64,000 nt of DNA from an uncultured Verrucomicrobiae bacterium (GCA_963707025.1 CAVPOM010000012.1:431187-495186); one strand, 5' to 3'; shown: positions 1 through 11,652, counted from the first letter of the stretch. The notes: generated from the sequence alone by a model not told the origin. Translations and numbers: made by a program.

Positions 1-1
1 T

Positions 2-3000
2 GGGCAATTCCAAAACGGGCGCGCCCTGGCCGAATTGCTTCAGCCAAAAGGCCTCGTCCGCCAGTTGCCTGTCAAAATGTGGCGATTGCCGGCAGACGTA
101 TTCCCTCAATTGCAATGGCGCGACCAATTCGACGCGTCCGCCCCGGCATTCGCCAGAATAAATTTCCGCCAACTCGCGCAGAACAATTCCAAGCGAATGG
201 CCGTCACAAATGATGTGGTGAACGGTAACCAGGAGAACGTGATGATCTTCGCCCAGGCTGATCAGGCGCGCGCGGAGCAGCGGGCCGTGGACTAAATCGA
301 ACGGTCGCGCGGATTCTTCAGCTTGAATCGCGTCCAGGCGCGTCGCGCGCTCCTCTGGGCTAAGCTTCAACCAGTCCAGCATTGGAACTTCCATGTTCAA
401 AGTGGGATGGACTTGCTGAGTGTTGCCATCGGGCGCCAAAGTGGTTCGCAGGGCCTGGTGTCGGTCCACCAATTTCCGCACAGCCCCGAGCAGCGCGTCC
501 CGGTTCAAGGCTCCGCGCAAATGCAGCAGCCGGGATTCGTTGTAAGCGCAGGAAGCGGCGTCGCTCATTTGCGAGGCAAACCACAATTCCCGTTGCGCCT
601 CCGTCAACGGAATGGTGACCATGTGTTTTGGCTCATTTTGGGCGGCCGCCGCCGTTTCCTTTGCGATGACGGCGGAATTTTTGTCCGTCGCGCTTGGCGG
701 GGCTTTCGCCAGGCGGGCCGCCAGCGCGTTCAGGGTGGAAAATTCCTCGAGCAATTGCCGGAACGCGACGCGCACGCCGAACTTCTTTTCCATCATCACG
801 GTGGCTTGGGTAAGGAACAGGGAATCGAAACCCATTTCGATGAACGTCGTCGTGCCGTTCATGGTCGCGAGGTTCAGCCCTGACAACTCGCCGAAAAGTT
901 GGAGCAAGGTTGCCGCAATTTGATCTTCCCGCGTCGCCGGGCCAGTTGCGGTCGAATGATGAATAGGGATGACCACCGCTTCTTCCACCTCGCGATCCCG
1001 TGCCTGGGCCAGGGGTGCGATCGTTTGTTCCTGGATGGACTTCGCCGGCTCGACCCAAAAGCGCTTGCGCTCGAACGGATAGGCCGGCAAAGGCACACGG
1101 CGGCGCTTCTCGCTCGTGTAGAAAGATCTCCAATCTATTCTGACCCCAGAGAGCCACAGTTGGCCGAGCGCGCTCAACAGAATGTCCCAACCCGAAGCAG
1201 ATTCTGTCGCGTGCCGCAGAGAAGGAATGCTGACGCCGCCGGCGTTCCATGCTGGATGCCGCCTCGCCAAATTACTCAAGGTCCGTCCCGGACCGACTTC
1301 CAAAAGAATTCGTCGCTCGTCTTTGCAGAGTTCGGCGACACCGTTGGCAAAGCGCACGGTCTGGCGCAGATGTGTCGCCCAATAATGGGGATCGGTGGCC
1401 TGCAAGGCTGAGATCCAGGCGCCAGTGACATTTGAAATGTAAGGAATTTGCGGGGCGTGCAATTCCACTTTGCCAACGAGTTGGGCGAACGGTTCCAAAA
1501 TCGCATCCATCATGGCCGAGTGAAACGCGTGCGAGGTTTGAAGGGGCGTCGAGGCGACGTTGCGCTGGGTCAACTCGCGCCGCATCCTTTCGACGGCCTC
1601 GGCCGGGCCGGAGACGACGCAGAGAGAGGGCAAATTGATGGCGGCCAGGGAAATTCTATCGTTGAGAAATGGCACCACTTCGTTTTCAGGGAGACGCACC
1701 GCGAGCATCGTGCCGCCGGGCAACTGTTGCATCATGCGCCCGCGCGCGGCGATGAGCAAAAGCGCGTCCTGAAGTGAGAACACGCCGGCCAGACACGCCG
1801 CCACATATTCGCCGACGCTGTGGCCGATCATCGCTTCCGGCCGCACTCCCCAACTGATCCACAGTTTCGCCAACGTGTACTCGATGACGAACAGCGCGGG
1901 TTGTGTGACCGCGGTTTGCGTGAGGCGGCTTTCAGCTTCCTCCATCTTATCCGCCGCTGGATAGAGCACAGCACGCAGATCCAATCCGAGGTGCGGATTT
2001 AGAATCGCGCCGCAGGCATCCACTTGCTCACGGAAGGTGGGTTCGTGTTCGTAGAGGTCCAAGCCCATGTTCACGTGCTGCGCGCCCTGGCCGGGAAACA
2101 TGAACACGATGGGCGGATTGTCCTGCTTGGCGACACGTGTGAAAAGTCGTTTCGTGTCCGGGGCTTGCAATGCGTTCACAGCGTCGGTCGCGCCGCGGCA
2201 AACCAACATGCGGCGGTGCGCGAAATGATGACGGCCCACCTGCAAAGTGTAAGCCGCGTCGGCCAGGTTGACCGCGGGATTCTGTTGCAGATGCGCGGGC
2301 AGATTCGCCGTCGCCTTGGCCAGCGCCGTTTCCGTTTTGGCAGAGAGCAGAAGCAACTGCGCCTGGCCGTGTCCGGACAGGAGATGGCGGCGCCGGCGCT
2401 TCTTCCAGAACGACATGAGCGTTGGTGCCGCCGATGCCAAACGAACTGACGCCAGCGCGGCGCGGGGCCGCCCCGGCTTTCCATTCGGCCAGCTCTCCAT
2501 TGACGTAAAAGGGACTGTTGGCGAAATCAATTTTTGGATTGGGCGACTCGAAATGCAAGCTGGGCGGCAGCTTCTTGTGATGCAGCGCCAGCGCGGTTTT
2601 GATCAAGCCAGCGACGCCGGCGGCCGTGTCAAGATGACCGATGTTGGATTTAAGCGAACCGACCGCACAGTAATTTTTGGCAGGCGAACGGGCGCGAAAG
2701 GCCCTGGTCAGCGCTTCGATTTCAATGGGATCTCCCAGCGGCGTGCCCGTGCCGTGGGCTTCGATGTAACTGATGGTCTCGGGCGCGAAGCCAGCCATGG
2801 CCTGCGCGGTGGCGATGACCTCGGCCTGGCCTTCAACGCCCGGCGCAGTGTAGCCAATTTTATTGGAACCGTCGTTGTTGATGGCGAAACCCTTGATGAC
2901 GGCGTAGATCGTGTCCCCATCCGTCAGCGCGTCTTCGAGCCGCTTCAAGAGGACGATGCCGACGCCATCGCCTGGCACCGTACCCGCAGCCTGCGCGTCG

Positions 3001-3701
3001 AACGCGCGGCAGTGCCCATCCGGGGACCCAATTCCGCCTTCTTGGAAAAAATAACCGCGCTTTTGCGGAAAGGTGATGGAGACGGCGCCCGCCAGCGCCA
3101 TGTCGCACTCGTAATTGAGCAAATTTTGGCACGCCACACAGACCGCGACGAGCGAAGTGGAGCAGGCGGTCTGGATGGTCAGGCTGGGTCCGCGCAGGTT
3201 CAGCTTGTAGGAAACGCGCGTGGGCAAAAAGTCCTTGTCGTTGCCGAACATCACCTGATGTTCACTCAGTTGCGCCATTAGTTCCGGGCGGGTGAGCAGG
3301 TTTTGCGCAAGGTAAGTGTTCATGCTCATGCCGGCGAAGACGCCGATGGCGCCGTTGAACCTGGCGGGATCGTAGCCGGCGCTTTCCAACGTCTCCCAGG
3401 CGCATTCGAGGAAGACGCGATGCTGTGGGTCGAGCACTTCGGCTTCGCGCGGATTCAACCCAAAAAATGCGGCGTCGAACAAATCGGCTTCTTCGAGAAT
3501 GCCGCGCGCTTTGACATAATTTGCATTGTCTTTCGGCGCTCCCACGCCCGCCGCTGCCAGTTCCTCGTCGGTGAAGAAGGAAATGGCATCAACGCCCTGG
3601 CATAAATTGCGCCAGAACTCATCCATGCTCTTTGCCTTCGGAAAACGTCCGGCCATCCCAATGATGGCCAGGCCATGTTCGGTGCTGGGTCGGGGATTCA
3701 T
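2..3701 (-). CDS. Hybrid PKS-NRPS (KS-AT-ACP-C...), one frameshift near 2365, runs off the left window edge
   Basis: ORF 2028..3701 has KS motifs TACSTS, HGTGT, NIGHLD. After about 2365 another minus frame continues open to position 2: QLLLLSAKT, FMFPGQG, GHSVGE (AT serine), HAFHS (malonyl-type), GFDSL (ACP), HHIICDG (C domain). Confidence 0.9.
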
Positions 3702-6700
3702 GCCGTCACTTCGGGTTTGCGCTTCTGATGCTGGTTGAAGATGGCTTGTTTTAGGCGGCCACGATCGGGTGTCTTGCCTGGAGAAGTGGGTTCGCTTTGG
3801 TCGAGAAATCCGGCCAGGGCGTTGATGGTGGGGTACTGAAATAATTTGACCACGGGCAAGGTGCGGCCCAGAGCCTCACCCAAACGGGCTTGCGCCTGCA
3901 CGACCAGCAGGGAATTGCCACCCAGATCAAAGAAATTGTCATGCAAACCTGCTTGCTCGACGCCCAGCAGTTCCCGCCAAACTTTGGCGATCGTTTTCTC
4001 GATCCTGCTGCGGGGCGCGAGGTAAGCCGTATCCAATTCCGGCCGGCGACCCTCGGGCACGGGCAAGGCGACGCGATTGACTTTGCCGTTGGGCGTCAAG
4101 GGCAGCGCGTCGAGAAACACAAACGCGGAAGGGATCATGGCTTCAGGCAGGGTCGCTTGGGCAAAGCGGCGCAGTTCGGATGCGGTCGGTTTTGTATTCG
4201 AAGCGGCCACAACGTATGCAACCAGTCGTTTGTCACCGGGCGAATCTTCGCGGGCGACCACGACCATTTCCCGCACCGCTGCATGGCGGCTGAGCGCCAG
4301 CTCGATTTCGCTCAACTCGATGCGATGGCCGCGAATCTTCACTTGATGATCAAGACGCCCCAGAAATTCAATGGTCCCGTCGGCGCCAAAACGGCCCAGG
4401 TCCCCTGTGCGATAGAGGCGCGCGCGGGCATCGGCGCTGAACGGATGGCGTATGAATTTTTCCTCCGTTAATTCGGGGCGATTGAGATAGCCGCGCGCGA
4501 CTCCTTCGCCGCCGATGAGAATTTCTCCCGGCACGCCGATAGGCACGGGACGGAGATGTGGATCGAGAATGTAGATTTCGGTATTGGCCAGCGGCCGGCC
4601 AATCGGAACGATTGGGTCCCTTCCATCCAGGCGATGGACGGTGGACCAAACGGTGGTTTCCGTTGGGCCATACATATTGAGGATCTCGCCGCGCATGATT
4701 TCGCGCAGCCGCTTGGCCAGGGAATTAGGCAGCGCCTCCCCACCGACCAGCAATGTTTCCAGTTGCCGCATGGCCTGCGACGCCTCCGGCGCCAGGACCA
4801 GCATTTTCGCCAAAGAGGGAGTGCATTGCAGGTGGGTGGCGCCGTGGCGGCGGATTTGCTCCGGCACGGATCGCCCGGCGGTACGGCTGGAGGCTGGGGC
4901 GTTGCTCAATTCCAGGAGTCGCTGAAGCTCCGGCAAACTGTCTATGACCGAATGGTGATCGACGCCGAAATTGATTAGGCAGGCGACTTCATCCACGCCG
5001 ATGGATTTGAGTTGGTTGATGAGCGGTTGGCAGCTTTCCGGCGTCCCCAGCAGGCCAAAGCGCGTGAAATAGCGGTCAAAGGCGCGTTGCGCCATGGCAT
5101 CGAGGTCATGCTCGGCAACATTCTTTAAATCACTTCCCTCGCCCGATCCATCGCGGCCCAGACTTTTTAGCAGGTCGGTCGAGGATTTCAGATAATCACA
5201 GAAAGGCTTGCGCACTTTTTCGCGGACGGCATTCAGGTCCTGACCCACGAAGGTGTGCAGCATGAGGGCGACTCTGCCTTCGCCCTCGTGATGTTCCGCC
5301 CGCGCCGCGCGGTAAATCCGGATTTTTGCGGCCAGCTCTTCCAGGCTCTGGCCGAGCAAATGCGTGAGCAAATTCGCCCCCAGTTCGCCCGCTTTGCGAA
5401 AGGTCTCCTGCTGGCCCGAGCCCGTGATCCAGACCGGCAATTCCGTTTGCACAGGCCGGGGGAAAGTCCTGATCTCTGTTTCCACGCCCGCGCCGGTCAG
5501 GCAGCGCACGGTCTCACCACGCCAGAGTTTGCGGACAGTTTCGATGCCGTCGAACATGATCTTCTTGCGGCTCTCATAATTTACCGGGGCGAACGCAAAA
5601 TCCCGATCATGCCATCCAGAAGCGAACGAAACGGCGATGCGACCATTGGATAGATTATCCACCACCGACCATTCCTCGGCGATGCGAATAGGATGATGGA
5701 GCGGGAGCACGACGCTGCCAGCGCGAATCTGAATTCGCTTCGTCACCATTGCAAGGGCCGCGCTGGTGACCGATGCGTTCGGAAACAGCGCGCCAAAAGC
5801 ATGAAAATGCCGTTCCGGAGTCCACACCGCGGCAAATCCGTGCTCGTCGGCAAATTTAGCGCCTTCGATGAGCAATCGGTATTTGTCCCCGTTTCCATTT
5901 CCGGCGTCGTTCGCGAAATAAAACAAGCTGAAATCCAACTTCTTGTCTGGGGCCTCTCCGCCCGGCGCTGAAGTTGGAACGCGGTCGTCCTCGGACTGGA
6001 TGATGACCTTGAATCCGCGGGCGAGCGTCCAAAAAAGTTCCAGCACGGAAATGTCGAAGGAAATACTTGTGACCGCCAGCCAGACGCCAGGGTCTGTTCC
6101 CAACACCGCATCGATGCCGGCAAAAAAATTGACCACGTTGCGGTGCGTCACCATGACGCCCTTGGGCTTGCCGGTCGAACCGGATGTGTACATCACATAG
6201 GCTAAATTCTCCGGCTTTACGTCAGTCTGCCGGGTGGCGGCGGGGTTGGCGCCGGGCGCCTTGGGGTGTGGCGCGTCAAGGCAGAGCAGTTTGAGATTTG
6301 GCGCCTCTAATTTCAATTCATCCCGCAACTTCTCCTGGGTGAGCAGCACCGGCACTTGCGCGTCTTGGAGCATGAATGCCAGACGCTCCTTCGGATAAGC
6401 CGGGTCGAGTGGCACGTAACAGCCGCCCGCTTTGAGAATGGCCAGCAGTCCGACCATCATGTCGAGCGAACGTCTCACACAAATGCCGACGCGCGTGTCA
6501 GGCCCGACGCCGAGGCTTTGCAACTCCATCGCCAAATGATTCGCGCCATCGTTCAGTGCGCGATAAGTGAGCGGCTTATCTTCAAAGACCACTGCCACGG
6601 CGTCGGGCCTCCCTTCCGCTTGCTCCTCGAAAAGCTGGTGAACACATTGATCTTGCGCGAATTCAGCTCGCGTATCATTCCACTCGGTGAGAATCTTCTT

Positions 6701-9700
6701 TTGTTCGACTTCGGTTAGCAGCGGCAGTTGCGAAACGCGTTGCTCCACATCGGCGGCGATGCCTTCGAGCAGCCTTTGATAATGCCCCAGCAGCCGCGCG
6801 ATGGTTTCCCGCTGGAACAAGTCCGTGTTGTATTCGATAAAACCGCCCAAACCGCCGGCCATTTCCTCCAGCGAAAGCATGAAATCGAACTTCGCCGTGC
6901 CGCTGTGCGTCGGAAGGAGCGTGAGCTTCAGCCCGGCAAGCTCCAGCGGCTGCATCGGCTCGTTTTGCAGAACGAACATGACTTGGAAGAGAGGTGGGCG
7001 ACTCAAATCGCGCCCGGGTTGCAGCGCATCAACGATTTTTTCAAAGGGCACTTCCTGATGGGCATAAGCATCCAGCGCCACGCGCCGGTTCCGTCTCAAC
7101 AATTCCCGGAATGTCGCATCGCCGGTCAAATCGCCTCGCAGCACAACGGTGTTGAGGAAAAGGCCGATGAGGCATTCCGTCTCAACGCGCGTTCGTCCTG
7201 CAACAGGCGAGCCAATAAGAATGTCCTGTTGTCCCGTGTAACGATGCAATAAGGCCTGAAACGCTGAGAGCAGAAGCATGAACAGCGTGACGTCCTCTCT
7301 CCGACTCAATTGCCGCAGTTCCTCCAGCAGGTTCGCTGGCAGCGCGAAGTGTTGTGTCGCGCCGCGATAGGTCTGCATAGGCGCACGCGGGTAATCGGTG
7401 GGCAAAGCAAGCGCTGTGGCCGCGCCCTGGAGTTGTTTTATCCAGAAGTTGAGTTGTTTTTCAAGGGCGCCGCCTTGCAGGCGCTCGCGCTGCCAGCGTG
7501 CGAAGTCCGCGTAATCAAATTTCAATTCCGGCAGCGGCGAGGGTTTTTCATTTGAGAAAGCCTGGTAAAGGGCCGAAAATTCGCGATAGAACACACCCAT
7601 GGACCAGCCGTCGCAAACGATGTGGTGCGTGGTCAGCAGGAGCAGATGCTGGGCCTCAGCGAGCCGAATCAACGTTGCCCGGAGCAACGGCCTTTTTGCC
7701 AGATCAAACGGTCGCCGCGCCTCTTCCAACATGCATCGCTTTGCCCTGTCCTCCTGCGCCGTGGCCGTCAACAAACTCAGGTCAACGATGGGAATGGCGA
7801 CGGCCGCTGCGGGGACAACCACAGCCACAGGTCGGCCACCGGCGTCCTTGAAGGAGGTTCGCAATGGTTTGTGACGGCGGACCATTTCCGCCATCGCACG
7901 CTCCAACGCCGACAGGTTGAGCGCGCCTTCCATCCGGAAGGCAACCGGAATATTGTTGAACGGCTGGCCCGGCTCGAGCTGCTCCATAAACCAGAGCCGT
8001 TCCTGCGCGAATGAGAGCGGAGATGCGCCGTTGCGCTCCGGGGGCGCGGGCGCGGGGCCTGCCGGCGGCGTGGCGTGGCTTAAGGCCTCCATCTTTTCCG
8101 CCAACTCCGCCACGGTGGGCGAACTGAATAAATCCTGGAGCGGCAGATCAACCTGAAAGGCGTTGCGCGCCCGCAAGACCACCTGGGTGGCCGTGAGTGA
8201 GTGGCCGCCGATGGCAAAAAAATCATCATGCACCCCGACTTCTTTGCGGCCGAGAACTTCGCTCCAGATTTGAGCCAGCGCTGTTTCAGCCGGCGTTCGC
8301 GGCGCGACAAATGATTTCTCCGAATCGGCCGAAAAATCCGGCGGCGGCAGAGCTCTGCGGTCCACTTTCCCGTTCGGTGACAGCGGCAGCGCGTCCAGCA
8401 GCACGAAAGCTGAAGGCACCATGGCTCCGGGCAGTATCTGTTTCAGAAATTCGCGCAAAACGCCGGGAGTCAAGGACGGCCCCGGCGCCGGCACCACGTA
8501 AGCCGCCAGACGATTCTCTCCGCGCGCATCCGCACACGCGACGACGACGGATTCACGCACGCCGACATGCCGGAGAAGAGTGGCTTCGACTTCACCCAGT
8601 TCGATGCGCTGACCGCGAACCTTGACCTGATAGTCCAAGCGACCGAGGAACTCGATTTGGCCGTCCGGCCGCCAGCGGACCAGGTCGCCTGTTTTATACA
8701 GACGCGCCTGGGGATTTCTGTGGAACGGGTTGGGAATGAATTTCTCGGCCGTGAGTTCAGGGCGGTTGTGGTAGCCGCGCGCCAGGCCAACGCCGCCGAT
8801 GTGCAACTCGCCCGGCACGCCAAGGGGCACGGGTTGGGCGTGCCGGTCCAGAATGAAAACCTGCGTGTTGGCAATAGGCCGGCCGATGGGCGGTGGCTTG
8901 GCCGGGGCCTCCTGCGCAGGAACCAAAGCCGAGGTTGCCACCACCGTGCTCTCGGTCGGCCCATAGTGGTTAATCAAACCACAGGGCAGATCTGGCCGCG
9001 GGCCATGGTGCAGCTTGTCGCCCCCGGTCAGCAAGGCCCGCAACGCGCTTTGCCCCGGCCACGATCCGTTGAGCATCGCTTCGGCCAGGGGGGTGGGCAC
9101 GAACGCCAGCGTGATGTTGTTGGCGGCCAGCCAAGCCGGAAGCTTCTCCGGCGAAAGGCGGGTTTCTTGGTCGGGAATATGGATGCTGGCGCCCGCCGTC
9201 AGATACGGCCACAATTCCCAAACGGAAGCATCGAAGGCCGGCGTGGCGATCTGACTGGCGCGATCGGCGGGCGTCACTCTGTAAGTGCGCTGGTGCCAGG
9301 CGATCAGATTGACCAGGCTGGCGTGTTCGATCTCCACGCCTTTGGGCGCGCCGGTGGAGCCGGAAGTGTAAATGACATAGGCCAGATGGGTTGGAGATGG
9401 ATTGGCCGCGCGCGAGTTGCAGCCCTCTTCGGGCGGTGCGGCTGGCGGCGCGGCATCAAGAGAATCCACGCAGACAAATTTTAGATTTGACCTCTCGAAA
9501 TTCAGTGTCTGGCTCCAGGATTGCCGCGTGATCAGCACGGGCGTTCTGGCGTCTTCCAGCATGAACTTGAGCCTTTCGTTTGGAGAGGCCGGGTCGAGTG
9601 GCACGCAAGCTCCGCCGGCTTTCCATACGGCCAGCCAGGCCACCACCATTTCGGCCGAGCGTTCCAGGCACACTCCCACGCAAACATCCGGTCCAACTCC

Positions 9701-11236
9701 GAACCTTCGCAATTCCGCGGCCAACCAGTTGGCGCGAGCATTCAATTCGCAGTAGCTCAACCGCGTTGATGGATCTGCCACGGCCAGCGCGTCCGGAGTG
9801 CGCCCGGCTTGTTCCTGGAAGAGTTGATGGACGCATTTGTCTTTTGGAAAATCAGCGCGTGTATTATTCCATTTGACGAGCAACTGATGGCGCTCGCTCT
9901 CGCTCAACATGGGCAGCTCGGAAACCTTCCCTCCCGCATCCGCCGCCATGCCTTCGAGCAGCGTTCTGAAATGGGTCAGCATCCGCGTGATGGCCTCGTC
10001 GTCAAAACGGGTGCGGTGGTAAAGAATCTTGATCAACACCGTTTCGTCGCCGTAGGCGTCCACGACCAGAGGATAGTTGGATTGGCTGCATATTCCGAAC
10101 TCGCGTGCCGTCCACGGGCCGCCTTGCGCGCGCAAGGCGGCGTCCCAGGACGGGGCTTGGAAATTCAAAATGCTCTCGAACAACGGCTGGCCTCGGGGCG
10201 CCTCACTCCAGCTCTGGATGTCCACCAGCGGTGTATGCTCAAATTCGCGCAACTCGACCCACTGGCTTCTTAACTCCGTCAGCCAGCGCACAACCTCGCT
10301 GTCCGCCCTCACCTGAACCCGCAGCGGGACGGTGTTGATGCAAAGCCCGACCAGGGATTCCGCCTCTTCGATGGTGGCATGACGGCAGGCCCGGACCACG
10401 CCGAAGACCACGTCTTCCTCGCCGCTGTAGCGGCTCAGCAGAAGAGCCCACGCGCCTTGGACCAGAGTGTTCAGCGTCAATTTATTTGTTTTGGCGAAGG
10501 ACTTGAGCGCCGAGGTGGTCAGTTCGGACAACTGGATTTGCTGCTCGCCACGAATTCTACCAGCTTCGTCCTCACCACTTGCGTTGCGGGCCACGACCAA
10601 TGATGTCGGCGTGTTGAAGCCTTTGAGGTGCTGCCGCCAAAAAACTTCTGCCTTGGCCCTGTCCCTTTTCCGCACCCAATCAATAAAACCGCGGTAGGAA
10701 CGAGGCGGAGGCAGTTCCAAATCTGCACCGCGACTGAAGGCTTCGTAGGAGGCGAAAACTTCGTTGAGTAAGATGACCACGGCGCGGCCATCGAGCAAAA
10801 GATGGTGGAAAGTCCAAAGAAACTGCCATGCCTGCTCGCCAAGGCGGAAGATCGCCAGGCGCATCAGTGGCGCAGTGGCCAGATCAAAACCGCGTTTGCG
10901 CTCGGTTTCGAGCCAATCGGAGAACAGCTCTTTCCGTTCGGTATCGGAAAGGCCGCGCCAGTCTTGCTGGGAGAACTCAATTTCGGCTTGGGGATGAACT
11001 TCCTGCCACGGCTCGGTGGATTGGTGCCAGTGAAAGCTTGTGCGCAGCACGGCATGGCGGGCCACCGCGCGCCGCCAAGCCGATTGGAAGGCCGCCACAT
11101 TCAAGTCCTCGTGCAACGCGCAGAATATCTGTTCCACATCCACGCCTGCCGCGGGCGTGGAGGACAGGCTGTGGAAGAGCATCCCCTGCTGCATAGGAGA
11201 GAGTGGATAAGAGTCTGTTGTCAGTTCCGTGCTCAT
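3698..11236 (-). CDS. Two-module NRPS: C-A-PCP-C-A[LLM insert]-PCP
   Basis: HHLLLDG and HHIVCDG C motifs, two YTSGSTG A3 motifs, YGPTE, GGHSL and GGNSL PCPs. Start placed at ATG 11236 (MSTEL); the ORF track begins at 11341. Hand-read specificity codes DAWFLGHVVK (Leu-like) and DILQLGMVWK (Gly-like). Confidence 0.95.
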   Translation of the reverse strand: MSTELTTDSYPLSPMQQGMLFHSLSSTPAAGVDVEQIFCALHEDLNVAAFQSAWRRAVARHAVLRTSFHWHQSTEPWQEVHPQAEIEFSQQDWRGLSDTERKELFSDWLETERKRGFDLATAPLMRLAIFRLGEQAWQFLWTFHHLLLDGRAVVILLNEVFASYEAFSRGADLELPPPRSYRGFIDWVRKRDRAKAEVFWRQHLKGFNTPTSLVVARNASGEDEAGRIRGEQQIQLSELTTSALKSFAKTNKLTLNTLVQGAWALLLSRYSGEEDVVFGVVRACRHATIEEAESLVGLCINTVPLRVQVRADSEVVRWLTELRSQWVELREFEHTPLVDIQSWSEAPRGQPLFESILNFQAPSWDAALRAQGGPWTAREFGICSQSNYPLVVDAYGDETVLIKILYHRTRFDDEAITRMLTHFRTLLEGMAADAGGKVSELPMLSESERHQLLVKWNNTRADFPKDKCVHQLFQEQAGRTPDALAVADPSTRLSYCELNARANWLAAELRRFGVGPDVCVGVCLERSAEMVVAWLAVWKAGGACVPLDPASPNERLKFMLEDARTPVLITRQSWSQTLNFERSNLKFVCVDSLDAAPPAAPPEEGCNSRAANPSPTHLAYVIYTSGSTGAPKGVEIEHASLVNLIAWHQRTYRVTPADRASQIATPAFDASVWELWPYLTAGASIHIPDQETRLSPEKLPAWLAANNITLAFVPTPLAEAMLNGSWPGQSALRALLTGGDKLHHGPRPDLPCGLINHYGPTESTVVATSALVPAQEAPAKPPPIGRPIANTQVFILDRHAQPVPLGVPGELHIGGVGLARGYHNRPELTAEKFIPNPFHRNPQARLYKTGDLVRWRPDGQIEFLGRLDYQVKVRGQRIELGEVEATLLRHVGVRESVVVACADARGENRLAAYVVPAPGPSLTPGVLREFLKQILPGAMVPSAFVLLDALPLSPNGKVDRRALPPPDFSADSEKSFVAPRTPAETALAQIWSEVLGRKEVGVHDDFFAIGGHSLTATQVVLRARNAFQVDLPLQDLFSSPTVAELAEKMEALSHATPPAGPAPAPPERNGASPLSFAQERLWFMEQLEPGQPFNNIPVAFRMEGALNLSALERAMAEMVRRHKPLRTSFKDAGGRPVAVVVPAAAVAIPIVDLSLLTATAQEDRAKRCMLEEARRPFDLAKRPLLRATLIRLAEAQHLLLLTTHHIVCDGWSMGVFYREFSALYQAFSNEKPSPLPELKFDYADFARWQRERLQGGALEKQLNFWIKQLQGAATALALPTDYPRAPMQTYRGATQHFALPANLLEELRQLSRREDVTLFMLLLSAFQALLHRYTGQQDILIGSPVAGRTRVETECLIGLFLNTVVLRGDLTGDATFRELLRRNRRVALDAYAHQEVPFEKIVDALQPGRDLSRPPLFQVMFVLQNEPMQPLELAGLKLTLLPTHSGTAKFDFMLSLEEMAGGLGGFIEYNTDLFQRETIARLLGHYQRLLEGIAADVEQRVSQLPLLTEVEQKKILTEWNDTRAEFAQDQCVHQLFEEQAEGRPDAVAVVFEDKPLTYRALNDGANHLAMELQSLGVGPDTRVGICVRRSLDMMVGLLAILKAGGCYVPLDPAYPKERLAFMLQDAQVPVLLTQEKLRDELKLEAPNLKLLCLDAPHPKAPGANPAATRQTDVKPENLAYVMYTSGSTGKPKGVMVTHRNVVNFFAGIDAVLGTDPGVWLAVTSISFDISVLELFWTLARGFKVIIQSEDDRVPTSAPGGEAPDKKLDFSLFYFANDAGNGNGDKYRLLIEGAKFADEHGFAAVWTPERHFHAFGALFPNASVTSAALAMVTKRIQIRAGSVVLPLHHPIRIAEEWSVVDNLSNGRIAVSFASGWHDRDFAFAPVNYESRKKIMFDGIETVRKLWRGETVRCLTGAGVETEIRTFPRPVQTELPVWITGSGQQETFRKAGELGANLLTHLLGQSLEELAAKIRIYRAARAEHHEGEGRVALMLHTFVGQDLNAVREKVRKPFCDYLKSSTDLLKSLGRDGSGEGSDLKNVAEHDLDAMAQRAFDRYFTRFGLLGTPESCQPLINQLKSIGVDEVACLINFGVDHHSVIDSLPELQRLLELSNAPASSRTAGRSVPEQIRRHGATHLQCTPSLAKMLVLAPEASQAMRQLETLLVGGEALPNSLAKRLREIMRGEILNMYGPTETTVWSTVHRLDGRDPIVPIGRPLANTEIYILDPHLRPVPIGVPGEILIGGEGVARGYLNRPELTEEKFIRHPFSADARARLYRTGDLGRFGADGTIEFLGRLDHQVKIRGHRIELSEIELALSRHAAVREMVVVAREDSPGDKRLVAYVVAASNTKPTASELRRFAQATLPEAMIPSAFVFLDALPLTPNGKVNRVALPVPEGRRPELDTAYLAPRSRIEKTIAKVWRELLGVEQAGLHDNFFDLGGNSLLVVQAQARLGEALGRTLPVVKLFQYPTINALAGFLDQSEPTSPGKTPDRGRLKQAIFNQHQKRKPEVTA
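4905..5945 (-). other. Luciferase-like monooxygenase domain inserted in the second adenylation domain
   Basis: FSLFYF, AVWTPERHFH, IAEEWSVVDNLSNGR, VDEVACLI lie between A4 (FDISV) and A5 (NMYGPTE). Boundaries approximate. Confidence 0.9.
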
Positions 11237-11259
11237 TTGGCCGTTTAAAACATGCCGCA

Positions 11260-11326
11260 ACGTTAAACGAGCCAGCGCCGGGAGTATAAGTGGGTGAAAA
11301 CCTCTAATGAGGCGGATGAACACCCC
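11260..11326 (-). promoter_or_regulatory. Tandem boxes plus -10-like hexamer upstream of the NRPS
   Basis: Minus strand reads GGGGTGTTCATCC...GAGGTTTTCACCCAC (22 bp period) followed by TAACGT; same layout at four other promoters. Confidence 0.5.
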
Positions 11327-11526
11327 AGTCAGTGACACCACATTGTAACAGTCGCTGAAAAGAGAGGGCCATCAATCCATGTCGCCGCACGGCTTTGGCG
11401 CGTTATTAATCAATCATGCCGGCAACGACTTTATCATTCAGGAGGACGCGCGGCGTGGGATTACGCCGGACGAAGTTCGGCTCCCCAGCCCGCCTCCAAA
11501 TCAAGAAAGTGTCTGACAAAATCAAA

Positions 11527-11603
11527 CCCGGCGCATGGGGTTGATTACCCCGAGGTTTTCCGGGTTTCACCCATCTATTAAAAAAATTCAGCCGCCGTAA
11601 GGT
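11527..11603 (+). promoter_or_regulatory. Tandem boxes plus -10-like hexamer upstream of the S8 protease
   Basis: GGGGTTGATTACCC and CGGGTTTCACCCAT at 21-22 bp period; TAAGGT at 11598. Confidence 0.45.
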
Positions 11604-11652
11604 TGGCGGCGACATGAGTAGATTAAACAAGGAAAAATTCGCCTTATGAATT

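Noticed and set aside
2355..2380. Programmed ribosomal frameshift in the PKS
   Set aside because: No slippery heptamer evident; several other indels point to sequence error.
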